This document shows positions 42,439 through 51,808 of a stretch of 55,698 nucleotides of DNA, in pieces. Position numbers and translations under genes: made by a program. This DNA comes from Candidatus Omnitrophota bacterium (GTDB taxonomy: Bacteria; Ratteibacteria; UBA8468; B48-G9; JAFGKM01), in the NCBI GenBank assembly GCA_023818645.1, contig JAMWCJ010000003.1, forward strand, positions 1 through 55,698, in the 5' to 3' direction. The notes under the pieces were generated by a model. That model did no database searches and was not told the DNA's origin. It saw nothing but the letters and a program-made list of their open reading frames with translations. Position 1 is the stretch's first letter. The number at the start of each line of letters is the position of its first letter.

Positions 42439-43655
42439 TAAATTACCATTTTTAATAAGATATTAAATTTTACTTTATTCTCTTTTGTAAAAGATATATC
42501 GTTAATTATAAAATCTGTAAAAATCTTTGATTTTCTTACTTTCCCCTCAATAATATCAAAATCCTTTAAACTTTCAACTGTACATATTAAATTTAAATTT
42601 TTATTATTTATTAAAACTTCTTCAACCTCTACATTAATATTTTCTGGAAAAAGATTTGTTATTTCTTCAAGAATTTTTATAATAGGAATTTTGTAAATAG
42701 GGGCTGGAGAATAATTTTTATCTTCCAACATCTTTTCTTTAATTTGTATCAGAGGGTTTATGATTTTTTTTGTTTCAGGAAAGATTGACTTATAAAGATT
42801 TTCCATTCTTTTATTAATTTCCTCTACTTTCTTTTCTTTTTCTATTTTTTCAAAATGTGGATTTATGAAAAATAAAGTACATATGACTAAAAGGAAAAAA
42901 TAAAATATATATTCAAGATTTATTTTTTTCCGTGGCAACAAAATTTCCTGAAAGGAGATGCTTTTAATTTTTTTTGTTTCTTCTAATATGTTGAAAAAAG
43001 TTGCCTCTGATAAAAAATGTATTCCCTCTATTTTTATCTCTTGATAAATTTTTCTATCTCCAATAAAGTAAACAGGGTGTTTTTTAGTTGAAAATAAAGA
43101 AGGAAGGATTTCTGAAATATGTTCTTTTATGTTATCTGAAGAATAAGAATAAACACCAGAAATTACAGAATTTTCAATAAGATTTATTAAAAAATAATCA
43201 TTTTCAGCAAAAAGTTCAATAAAATTGTTTTCTTTAATTTTATTTTTAAAAAATTGGTCAAGCAAGAGAGAATCAATTAAAAATATATATTTTGCCTTAT
43301 TTATTTTAAAAATTTCTTTCAGATAGTTTATTTTATCTTTTTCAATAGCAAAAATTCCAACGATGGTCTTATTCTTCTCAGGATATTGAAAATTTAAATA
43401 AAAATAAAAATTATCAATAGGTAATGGTAACTTACCCTCAATTTCTTGACTTAAGATTAAACTTATTTTCTTTTTGTCAACAAAATCAAATTCTACTTTT
43501 CTAAAAAAAACATTTAATTTAGAAAAAATTAAAACAAAATAATTCCCTCTATTTTCTTTTATAAAATTTTCTAAATTTTCAAAAACGATTTCTCTTTTTT
43601 CACTATTTTTGTAACAATAAACCGTTTCACCCTTTATATATAAATAAATTTTCAT
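42438..43655 (-). CDS. GspL-like (PilM/PilN-type architecture) assembly-platform protein
   Basis: 405 aa with a cytoplasmic about 240-aa domain, a single TM (YIFYFFLLVICTLFFINP) and a periplasmic tail. It sits between gspK and the gspM-like gene. Confidence 0.5.
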   Translation of the reverse strand: MKIYLYIKGETVYCYKNSEKREIVFENLENFIKENRGNYFVLIFSKLNVFFRKVEFDFVDKKKISLILSQEIEGKLPLPIDNFYFYLNFQYPEKNKTIVGIFAIEKDKINYLKEIFKINKAKYIFLIDSLLLDQFFKNKIKENNFIELFAENDYFLINLIENSVISGVYSYSSDNIKEHISEILPSLFSTKKHPVYFIGDRKIYQEIKIEGIHFLSEATFFNILEETKKIKSISFQEILLPRKKINLEYIFYFFLLVICTLFFINPHFEKIEKEKKVEEINKRMENLYKSIFPETKKIINPLIQIKEKMLEDKNYSPAPIYKIPIIKILEEITNLFPENINVEVEEVLINNKNLNLICTVESLKDFDIIEGKVRKSKIFTDFIINDISFTKENKVKFNILLKMVI

Positions 43656-44572
43656 ATAACATCCTTTTTAATCAAATTAGTAGTTTTATCTTTTTTTAAT
43701 ATTCCTTCTGTAATCTTTTCGTCCCCTTTTTCGTTTTTTATTTTAATAAAGACATGAAAATAATTGCTTTTATATTTTATCAAACTTTTGTTTTTTAAAA
43801 AAGTATTTCTGTTTATTTCTAAAAGAAATCTTTCATTCAATGGTCTGTTTTCTCTTTCTTCAATAATTCTATTTACCTGCTCAGTTGTAAAACCAATAGA
43901 ATTTAATATTTCACTTTTACAAGTATTTACATTTATTTTATCATCAGAATATATAGTAATAAAATCTAAAAGTCCCTTCTTTTCTTCTTTCCCATAAACA
44001 ATTTCTTTATTAAACCCTTTTATTAATAAGAGTTCTTTTAGAGATAGCAGATTTCTATTTGGCGGTGTATAACTTAATCCTTCAATTGAATAAGCAAGAT
44101 CTTCTGCTCCATTAGGTCTTGGCAAATTGTCTTCATCTATCCAGTCAAGTAAACAGTCCAAGATAAAGGTTGGATATTCAACGATTGAAATTAGGTTCTT
44201 TAAAATCTCCAAAAGTAGTTGATTGGTTTTACCTTTTTCTCCTATAATTTTATTTATGTTTATCTTTGAATTTTCATCTTCAATTTTAATATATAGGTCA
44301 TAGTTTCCAATTTTATAATTTCTTTCTTGCGTCCAATTTTCTTTTATCCAGTCATAGTTATTTTCATCTTTTTCAAGAATTTTTTTTGCAATTTCAAATC
44401 CAATGTCAGAAATCCTATCCATTTCAATAAAATCATAATAATTTTTGAAAGATTCAAGATACTTTTTTGTTTTATAATTAAAAAATAAAACCACAGATGT
44501 AAGTATAAGAGAAAAACCTAAAACAAAAATTAAAATAAAACCTTTATTTTTTTTCCTCATTTTTTTCTTCAA
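43652..44572 (-). CDS. gspK: Type II secretion minor pseudopilin GspK
   Basis: N-terminal hydrophobic helix (KGFILIFVLGFSLILTSVV) and WIDEDNLPRPNGAEDLAYS...YTPPNRNLLSLKELLLIKGF, typical of GspK. Confidence 0.75.
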   Translation of the reverse strand: MKKKMRKKNKGFILIFVLGFSLILTSVVLFFNYKTKKYLESFKNYYDFIEMDRISDIGFEIAKKILEKDENNYDWIKENWTQERNYKIGNYDLYIKIEDENSKININKIIGEKGKTNQLLLEILKNLISIVEYPTFILDCLLDWIDEDNLPRPNGAEDLAYSIEGLSYTPPNRNLLSLKELLLIKGFNKEIVYGKEEKKGLLDFITIYSDDKINVNTCKSEILNSIGFTTEQVNRIIEERENRPLNERFLLEINRNTFLKNKSLIKYKSNYFHVFIKIKNEKGDEKITEGILKKDKTTNLIKKDVI

Positions 44573-45086
44573 TAATGTTCAATAATACTGGATAAAAAAT
44601 TTCTTCTCCAGAATAGTTTAGTTCAATGGCAATTCCTTTGATGGTTTTATCAGTTTCTGCTATATAATTCCATTTTTCCTCTTGAAAAAAAAGAAAATTT
44701 ATACTTTGACATTTTAAAACAGGGAAACTATATGTATATCCTGAAAAAATATTTTTTTGTTTTCTTATCAATGTTTCTTCTTCATTAACTTTTACTGTAT
44801 AAGTTATTTCAACTGGAAATTCTATATCTTGAATAAAAGTAGAGAAAACAATTTCTTTTTTATCAAGTTTTAAATTATGGAAATCAATAATTCCGTTTAT
44901 CTCAGATTTAAATGAGTAAAGAAAATTAAATAAAAGTTCCTTATTTTTAATTTCTTTTTCAAGATCTTTAACATTTTTTTGAACTGTAAAAACTATTCTA
45001 TAAATGATTAAAAAACTTAAAAGAATTAATGAGAGCGAAATTAAAATTTCAATAAGTGTAAATCCAAGTTTTTTTAAATTATTCAT
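44544..45086 (-). CDS. gspJ: Minor pseudopilin, GspJ-like
   Basis: Prepilin motif KLG-FTLIEILISL. Size (180 aa) and order fit GspJ. Confidence 0.6.
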   Translation of the reverse strand: MNNLKKLGFTLIEILISLSLILLSFLIIYRIVFTVQKNVKDLEKEIKNKELLFNFLYSFKSEINGIIDFHNLKLDKKEIVFSTFIQDIEFPVEITYTVKVNEEETLIRKQKNIFSGYTYSFPVLKCQSINFLFFQEEKWNYIAETDKTIKGIAIELNYSGEEIFYPVLLNIIEEKNEEKK

Positions 45087-45462
45087 TTTTTAAAGATGTT
45101 TTTAAAAATGGAATAAAAGTGGAATAATATTCATCTTTCCATTCTATTATTAATTTATAAGGAATCATTTCAATATCTTGTTCTGTATCTTTTATTGTTA
45201 TATCTGAGATTTTAATTTCCCATATATACTCACTATCTGGTTCATCAAAATTTCCTCTCCCCTCTTTTATTTCTTCGCCTTTTAATTTAATTTCTTCAAT
45301 TTTCTTTTCTGCAAGAAGAATTATTTTTACTTTATCATTTATAATTTTTATCTCTTTTAGACACATTAAAAAATTTGTTAAACATACAGTTGCAACAATT
45401 CCAAAAATTCCAATAGCAACCATTATTTCAAGAAAAGTAAATCCATTTTTATATATTTTCAA
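45079..45462 (-). CDS. gspI: Minor pseudopilin, GspI-like
   Basis: Prepilin motif KNG-FTFLEIMVAIGIFGI. Size (127 aa) and order fit GspI. Confidence 0.6.
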   Translation of the reverse strand: MKIYKNGFTFLEIMVAIGIFGIVATVCLTNFLMCLKEIKIINDKVKIILLAEKKIEEIKLKGEEIKEGRGNFDEPDSEYIWEIKISDITIKDTEQDIEMIPYKLIIEWKDEYYSTFIPFLKTSLKNE

Positions 45463-45912
45463 AATTTATTTCTCCTTTTAAAATTTCTATATCTGAAAAA
45501 GGATTGCTGAAAAGAGTATATTTTAAATTCTTTTCAGAGTCGTAAATGTATAATAGCATAAAATCCTTTTTTCCGTTCGGTTTAATTTTAAAAAAAATTG
45601 TTCCGCTATTCTTTTCTTCAATTTCATTTTTACCTTTATAAAAATCAAAGTTTGAAATAATTGGTTCAACTTGATTTTCTTCGTCATTTCCAAACCAAAA
45701 GGAATTTTCGTCAAGATTAAAAAAGAAATATATCGTTTGTTTATTAGAAATTGCAATTTTTTCTGCTTGTTTAATTTTATCCATTAATTTATTTAATTCT
45801 TCATCAGAAATCTCTAAAAAAAAAGATTTGAAAGAGGGTAAAATTAGAGAAAAAAAAACGAAATTATTAATAAAACCACCATCATTTCAAAAAAAGTGAA
45901 TCCCTTACTCAA
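45449..45912 (-). pseudogene. gspH: Minor pseudopilin GspH-like, split by a -1 frame change inside a T9 run (A9 on the + strand, 45850-45858)
   Basis: Minus-strand frame A (45912-45844) reads TTG-start M-SKG-FTFFEMMVVLLIISFFFL-stop, a prepilin leader plus helix. Frame C is open 45886-45449 and continues FFSLILPSFKSFFLEISDEELNKL-MDKIKQ.... One extra T, or a -1 slip in the run, fuses them into an about 154-aa pseudopilin. Confidence 0.75.
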
Positions 45913-46345
45913 TCTTTGAACTTGATATATCTGCATCTGCCCCTTCTCCTCCTTCTTTTCCATCCCTTCCATATGAAATAATTTCATAATCTTCTCCATT
46001 TCTTCCAGGACTTAAGTATACATAATCATTGTTCCACGGATCTTTTGGAATAGAAGGTTTATCAAGATATCCTCCTTCTCTCCACTTTTGAGGGATTCTA
46101 CCTGATGTGGGTTTTTCTATCAATGCTTTTAGTCCTTGTTCTGTAGAAGGATAGAAACCATTATCAAGATAAAATAATTTAAGTCCACTTTCTAAACTTT
46201 TTATCTGTACTTTTGCAGCAGTAATTTTTGCATCTTCAACTCTTTTTAAAAAAGAAGGGAAAACTAACATTGTAAGCAAACCAAGGATTATAATAACTAC
46301 CATAAGTTCAATAAATGTGAAGCCCTTTTTCATGCTTATCTTCAA
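45905..46345 (-). CDS. gspG: Type II secretion major pseudopilin GspG
   Basis: MKKG-FTFIELMVVIIILGLL, then GFYPSTEQGLKAL and DPWNNDYVYLSPGRNGEDYEIISYGRDGKEGG, the classic GspG core. Confidence 0.9.
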   Translation of the reverse strand: MKISMKKGFTFIELMVVIIILGLLTMLVFPSFLKRVEDAKITAAKVQIKSLESGLKLFYLDNGFYPSTEQGLKALIEKPTSGRIPQKWREGGYLDKPSIPKDPWNNDYVYLSPGRNGEDYEIISYGRDGKEGGEGADADISSSKIE

Positions 46346-46350
46346 CTCCT

Positions 46351-47547
46351 TTATTTTATTGACTGCGATATCTGAAAAATTGGCAATAAAACAGATATAA
46401 CAATAAAACCTATTATACCACCCATAAAAAGTATCATAAATGGTTCTAAAAATGTAACAAATCTCATAGATTTTTGAGAAAGTTCTTCTTGATAAATATC
46501 ACCAACTTTATCAAGCATCTCAGATAAATTTCCACTTCTTTCACCAGCACTTACAAGTTGAGTGAATAAATATGGGAAATATTTACATTTGCTAAAACCA
46601 GAAGAAATAGATCCTCCCTTTGAAACATATTCTGTTAATTTTTCTATTTCCTTTTTAATATTAATGCTATTTAAAACTTCTTTCCCTATATTCAGAGAAT
46701 CAATAATATCAACTCCTCCATTTATTAAAGTAGAAAGTGTTTTAGAAAAATTAATAATTTCTCTTTTTAAAAATATATCGTTTAAAAAAGGTACTTTCCA
46801 TAAAATGTTTTCAAAAATCATTTTTCCCTTTTTTGTCTTTAAAAAGTTTTTGACTAATAATAAAAGCAAAATAACAAAAAGAAAAGAATATATCCAGAAA
46901 AATCTAAGAAAATTAGCAATTTTAATTAATATTTTCGTTAATATAGGTAAATTTAATGAAATTTCAGAAAAAATTCTTGTTATTGTTGGAACAATAAATG
47001 ACAGAATAAAAATCAACACAAAAAAAGCAACAATACACATAAAAACAGGATATGTCATAATGACTTTTATTTTATTTTTAAAGGCATTCCTTTTTTCAAG
47101 GAAATCTGCTATTCTTGATAAAACAAGGTCAAGATTTCCTGTTTCTTCGCCAACTTTTACCATAGATATAAACATATTTGAAAATAAATCAGAATATTTT
47201 TTTAAAGCATTTGAAAAAGATACTCCTTCCCTTATACTTTTTTGTATATCCATAAAAATGTTTTTTAATTTCCCTTCTTTCATTTGTATAATTAGTCCAG
47301 AAAGTGCTTCATCAAGAGGAATTTTAGAACTTAAAAAGGTTGAAAGTTCTTTTATTGCTACAATTAAATCCTCTTCTCTTATTCTATTAAAAACAAGAAA
47401 GTTTAATTTTTTCCACTCTTTGATACTTAATATGTAATATCCTTCTTTTTGAATTTCATCCTTTAATTTGTTTAAATTTTCACTATCTTTTTTACCTTTT
47501 TTTATTTTCCCCTTTTTATCTAAAATTGTATATATAAAGGTGGGCAT
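46351..47547 (-). CDS. gspF: Type II secretion inner-membrane platform protein GspF
   Basis: 398 aa with a duplicated T2SSF domain (MVKVGEETGNLD / LVSAGERSGNLSEML) and 3 TM segments. Confidence 0.9.
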   Translation of the reverse strand: MPTFIYTILDKKGKIKKGKKDSENLNKLKDEIQKEGYYILSIKEWKKLNFLVFNRIREEDLIVAIKELSTFLSSKIPLDEALSGLIIQMKEGKLKNIFMDIQKSIREGVSFSNALKKYSDLFSNMFISMVKVGEETGNLDLVLSRIADFLEKRNAFKNKIKVIMTYPVFMCIVAFFVLIFILSFIVPTITRIFSEISLNLPILTKILIKIANFLRFFWIYSFLFVILLLLLVKNFLKTKKGKMIFENILWKVPFLNDIFLKREIINFSKTLSTLINGGVDIIDSLNIGKEVLNSINIKKEIEKLTEYVSKGGSISSGFSKCKYFPYLFTQLVSAGERSGNLSEMLDKVGDIYQEELSQKSMRFVTFLEPFMILFMGGIIGFIVISVLLPIFQISQSIK

Positions 47548-47549
47548 TT

Positions 47550-49067
47550 TTAAACATCCTGTGTCACTCTTAATACCTCTGATATTGTTGTAAGTCCTTT
47601 TTTTACTTTGTCTATTCCATCCATTCTTAATGTTTTCATTCCTCTTTTTATACCTTCTTTTTTAATCTCGCTTGAAGATGCTCTTTTTAAAATAAGTTCT
47701 TTTATTCCTTCATCAATAACAAGTAATTCAAAAATACCTGTTCTACCATAATATCCCTCATTTAAACAATATTTACAACCTTTTCCCACCATAAATTTAC
47801 TATTTATTAAATCTTTTTCATCAACTTCGGGAATTAATTCAGAAGGTGGTTTTTCTATAACAGAACATTTTGGACAATTTAATCTTACCAACCTTTGAGC
47901 CATAACACCTATTAAAGAAGAGGCGAGTAAATATGGTTCTATTCCCATATCTGTCAATCTCACTATTGCACTTGAAGCATCATTTGTATGTAAAGTGCTG
48001 AAAACAAGATGTCCTGTTAAAGATGCTTGTATTGCCATTTCCGCTGTTTCCCTATCTCTTATTTCTCCAACCATTATAACATTAGGGTCGTGTCTTAATA
48101 TAGACCTTAAACCATTTGCAAAAGTTAATCCTACTTTAGGATTTACTTGTATTTGATTTATCCCTTCAAGATTATATTCAACTGGATCTTCAAGAGTTAT
48201 TATATTTATTCCAGGATTATTGATTTTAGATAAAGCAGCATAGAGTGTTGTTGTTTTTCCACTTCCTGTTGGGCCTGTTAATAAAATAATTCCATGGTCG
48301 TAATGGATTAGTTGGTTAAATTTAATATAATTATCTTCAGAAAAACCAAGTTGTTCAAGACTTAACAAAAAAGTTGCTCTATCAAGCAATCTCAATACAA
48401 CTGATTCACCAAAAAAAGTAGGTATTATAGAAATTCTTATATCAATTTTTTTACTATCAACTTTTATTGATGTTCTTCCATCCTGTGGAATCCTTTTTTC
48501 TGCAATATCAAGATTAGACATTATTTTAATTCTTGTTATGATTGGTGGATGATATTTTTTGGGGAGAACAAAAATGTCGTGAAGAATTCCGTCTATTCTA
48601 TATCTAACTTTTAAAGAAGTTTCCATAACTTGAAGGTGAATATCACTTGCTCTCATTGAGATTGCTCTATAAATTATTTGATTTACTATTCTGATAACAG
48701 GTGCTTTATTGGCAAGGTCAAGAAGGTTAGATGTTTCAGTATCAATATTTTCGTCTAAATGTAATGATTCTTCTGTACGCAGATCATCAATCACTTTTTT
48801 TGAAGAACTTGGATGATAATAAAATTTTTCAATAGTTTCATTTATTTTCTCTTCGCTTGAAATGGCTATTTTTATGTCCTTTTTAAGAATTGTTTTTATC
48901 TCTCCTATATCAAGATTTAAAGGATTATTTGTGATAATAAGGATTTCTCCATTTTCACCATTAACAGGAATAAAACAATTATTTTTTAAAAAATTATAAG
49001 GGAAAATATTCAAAATTTCAGGGTCTATCCTGTCTTCAAAATTTTCTATCCATCTCAATTTATCCAT
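47550..49067 (-). CDS. gspE: Type II secretion ATPase GspE
   Basis: N-terminal GspE_N-like domain, Walker A GPTGSGKTT, Asp box, Walker B VIMVGEIRD, His box, and a tetracysteine CPKC...CKYC. Confidence 0.95.
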   Translation of the reverse strand: MDKLRWIENFEDRIDPEILNIFPYNFLKNNCFIPVNGENGEILIITNNPLNLDIGEIKTILKKDIKIAISSEEKINETIEKFYYHPSSSKKVIDDLRTEESLHLDENIDTETSNLLDLANKAPVIRIVNQIIYRAISMRASDIHLQVMETSLKVRYRIDGILHDIFVLPKKYHPPIITRIKIMSNLDIAEKRIPQDGRTSIKVDSKKIDIRISIIPTFFGESVVLRLLDRATFLLSLEQLGFSEDNYIKFNQLIHYDHGIILLTGPTGSGKTTTLYAALSKINNPGINIITLEDPVEYNLEGINQIQVNPKVGLTFANGLRSILRHDPNVIMVGEIRDRETAEMAIQASLTGHLVFSTLHTNDASSAIVRLTDMGIEPYLLASSLIGVMAQRLVRLNCPKCSVIEKPPSELIPEVDEKDLINSKFMVGKGCKYCLNEGYYGRTGIFELLVIDEGIKELILKRASSSEIKKEGIKRGMKTLRMDGIDKVKKGLTTISEVLRVTQDV

Positions 49068-50652
49068 CTTTATTTATCCCTTCTATTAATTTTTCTTTCT
49101 CTTGTTTTATTTTTTCTGCCTGTTCAAATGTTGAAATTATATGAGGTGTAATAAATATCATTAAGTTTGTTTTTATTGATTTAGTTGTCTCTTTTCTGAA
49201 TAACCTGCCGAGAAGTGGGATGTCTCCAAAGAATGGAACTTTTTGAAGCGATTTTTCTGAATCGTTTCTTAATAATCCACCGAGAACAACAGTTTTTCCA
49301 TTTGGAATTATTAAAGTTGTTTCTGCCTGTCTTTTTGCTGTTGTTGGTGCTTCAGGTATTCCTCCTTCAACAAGTTTTGTAACCTCTTGAGAAATTTTTA
49401 ATCTTACATATTTATCCTGACTTATCTGCGGAGTTATTTTTAATATAATCCCAACATCTTTATAATCATAACTTTTAACAACATCGCTACCCTGTCCACT
49501 TGAATAAGTGTAAAACCTTGTTTCTTTTAAATAAGGTATATTTTCACTTATATTTATTTTTGCTTCCTGATTATCTGCGGTTACAATTTGTGGTGTTGAA
49601 AGTATATTGAACTGACTATCTTTTGCATACATATTTATTAAAGCGCCTACACTTAAAGGGAAAGTAAAATCACCTTTATAAAAAGCAAGAGAAAGTCCTG
49701 ATGGTGGAACTCCTGATGCAATATAAGAAGCAATATCTCCAAAGTTAGTTCCTGTAACACCTGTATAATTTTCATTATTAAATTTCCAAGATGTTGCCCA
49801 TTCTATTCCAAGTTGTTTTGTTTTATCAATAGTTACTTCTGCAATTAATGCTTCAATTAAAACTTGGTTTGTTAAAACATCCAGTTCTTTTATAATTTTT
49901 TCAATTGTATCAAAATCATTAGGGTCTGCATAAACAATTAGTGAATTTGTTGCTTTTACACTAACAACCTGTGGTTGTATAGGTGCTGTTCTTGCTATAG
50001 GTCTAACAGCAGAAATCTTTTTTTGTAAAATTTGACCTAAAACTTTAGCAATTTCTTCAGCATCAGCATTTTGTAATTTAAATATTCTTATTTCCTCTTG
50101 TCCTGGTGGACTTGGTTTATCTATTTTTTCAATAATACTAATTATTTTTTTAATATTTTCACCGACATCTGCAATAATTAAGGTATTTGTTCTTGCATCA
50201 ATTGTAATCTGTCCTCCTTTAGAAATATATGGTGTTATTATTTGAGAGATTGTATCTGAGGGATAATATTTTAGAGGAATTACTTGGATTATAAAATTCT
50301 CTTCTTTATTTTCTGGTATGTCAGAAATATTTATATCTTTTGCTCTTATTTTACCTTCAGAAATAGGAATAATCAGTGATAGATTTTCTTTTTTTATAAC
50401 TGTAAAACCATAAAAGTTTAATACAGATTTAAAAACTCTGTCAATATTTTCAACAGGTACAGGAGTTGTTGAATAAATAGTTATAGTTCCTCTTACATTT
50501 GGGTCTAATACATAGTTTTCTTTCGTTAATTCACCTATAAATTTAATAAATGTCTTTATATCAACATTATTGAAGTTCAAATAAAAATTGCTTTCGGATA
50601 AAATAACTATTGAAGAAAAAAAATAAATAATAAAATAAAGAACCTTTTTCAT
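49060..50652 (-). CDS. gspD: Secretin, GspD type (compact, 530 aa)
   Basis: Signal peptide, an N0-like domain (FNNVDIKTFIKFIGELTKENYVLDPNVRGTITIY), N1/N2-like repeats, a secretin core (QVLIEALIAEVT...) and the C-terminal VPFFGDIPLLGRLFRK....NLMIFITPHII. Confidence 0.9.
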   Translation of the reverse strand: MKKVLYFIIYFFSSIVILSESNFYLNFNNVDIKTFIKFIGELTKENYVLDPNVRGTITIYSTTPVPVENIDRVFKSVLNFYGFTVIKKENLSLIIPISEGKIRAKDINISDIPENKEENFIIQVIPLKYYPSDTISQIITPYISKGGQITIDARTNTLIIADVGENIKKIISIIEKIDKPSPPGQEEIRIFKLQNADAEEIAKVLGQILQKKISAVRPIARTAPIQPQVVSVKATNSLIVYADPNDFDTIEKIIKELDVLTNQVLIEALIAEVTIDKTKQLGIEWATSWKFNNENYTGVTGTNFGDIASYIASGVPPSGLSLAFYKGDFTFPLSVGALINMYAKDSQFNILSTPQIVTADNQEAKINISENIPYLKETRFYTYSSGQGSDVVKSYDYKDVGIILKITPQISQDKYVRLKISQEVTKLVEGGIPEAPTTAKRQAETTLIIPNGKTVVLGGLLRNDSEKSLQKVPFFGDIPLLGRLFRKETTKSIKTNLMIFITPHIISTFEQAEKIKQEKEKLIEGINKDG

Positions 50653-50681
50653 TTTTATAATTCTGGTGTCAATCTTAAATT

Positions 50682-51749
50682 TTACCTAATAACTCCACCT
50701 TGAGTTCCTATTGTTCTTGCTCTTTCGCGTGTATAGGTATCTATTGCATTTTCTATTGCTTGTTTTACCTCATCGTCTGTTTCTTTTTTTAATCTTTCAA
50801 GTAAAATATTCAAAATCTGGGGATTGTATTCCATTGCAGAAATAATCTTAACTGCATTTTTTCTAATCTCTGGATTATCATCATTAAGATATTTAATTAT
50901 TGAAGGGTCAACGCCAAATATTCCAGTTATACTTGTTCCCCTTGTTCCACCTTGTCCTTCTCTACTTAGACCAACACTTTGTAGATATAACTCAATTGAA
51001 TCAGTCAATACTTTTCTCACTCCTTCATCTTTTTCATATTTTAATCTTACAAGTAATGTTCTTAAAGCAATAAGTTCCTGTAAACTCCCTGCTTCATATT
51101 CATCTCTTTGTGAACCAGTTCTATTTCTTGTATCGGTTCCTGCAAAACTTCTTGTTGAAAAGATTTTTGTAGCATACTGTCTAACTACAGGGTCAGGATC
51201 ATCCATAAATCTTAAAATAGTTACATCTGTTTCAAATAGAATATCAAGTCCCATAGATGCCATATCTTGAACTTCAGGGTCAGGGTCATTTAAAAGCACA
51301 AAAAGGTCTGGGATAAAAATTGCTCCTCCAACTCCTTCTCCACCTCTATCTCTACTATCTCTACCAATATCCATACCAAATAACCCTCTTACTCCACTCC
51401 TATTATCTGAAGTTCCTCTTGTTCCCTCTCCGCTTACCATTGCTCCTGTTAATGATTGAATTGCTTGAATTCTTACTTTTGGGTCAGGGTGTCTTAAATA
51501 ACTTCCAATTATTGCTGCTAAGAAATTTGCAAGTTGTGAACTTCTATAATCTTCTTCTCTACCAGATTGACCCCTAATTCCTCTTCCCAATCCTCCCTGT
51601 CCAAATGTACCTGTTCTTGAACCAATACTTCCCTGCCTTGATATATTAGAAATTCTTGTTGCTTGTTGTGTTGAAGTTGTTTGAGAAAAAAGCACTGTAG
51701 TAGCCAATAACACTATTATAAACACCATACTTTTTATTATTTTCTTCAT
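50682..51749 (-). CDS. Secreted/periplasmic HEAT-repeat protein with Gly/Arg/Ser/Thr-rich linkers
   Basis: Signal peptide MKKIIKSMVFIIVLLATTVLFS-QTT. Five HEAT-like units (HPDPKVRIQAIQSL, NDPDPEVQDMASMGL, DDPDPVVRQYATKIF, NDDNPEIRKNAVKII, ETDDEVKQAIENAI) are separated by GTRGTS/GRG-type low-complexity segments. Confidence 0.7.
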   Translation of the reverse strand: MKKIIKSMVFIIVLLATTVLFSQTTSTQQATRISNISRQGSIGSRTGTFGQGGLGRGIRGQSGREEDYRSSQLANFLAAIIGSYLRHPDPKVRIQAIQSLTGAMVSGEGTRGTSDNRSGVRGLFGMDIGRDSRDRGGEGVGGAIFIPDLFVLLNDPDPEVQDMASMGLDILFETDVTILRFMDDPDPVVRQYATKIFSTRSFAGTDTRNRTGSQRDEYEAGSLQELIALRTLLVRLKYEKDEGVRKVLTDSIELYLQSVGLSREGQGGTRGTSITGIFGVDPSIIKYLNDDNPEIRKNAVKIISAMEYNPQILNILLERLKKETDDEVKQAIENAIDTYTRERARTIGTQGGVIR

Positions 51750-51808
51750 TTTCCCCTCCCTTTTTGTTTATATATTACCTTAACTTTTTATAAATGTCAA
51801 TATTTTCT

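Noticed and set aside
46562-47437. 291-aa plus-strand ORF antisense to gspF
   Set aside because: This is the same artefact type: in an AT-rich genome with few antisense stops, gspF on the minus strand explains the region fully.
50682-51749. Higher GC and Arg-rich composition of the HEAT gene as evidence of recent horizontal transfer
   Set aside because: The gene is embedded with about 30-60 bp gaps in the operon, and the flanking secretin genes are also somewhat GC-richer. Composition is more simply explained by Gly/Arg/Thr-rich protein content, so I report it only as an outlier and make no HGT call.
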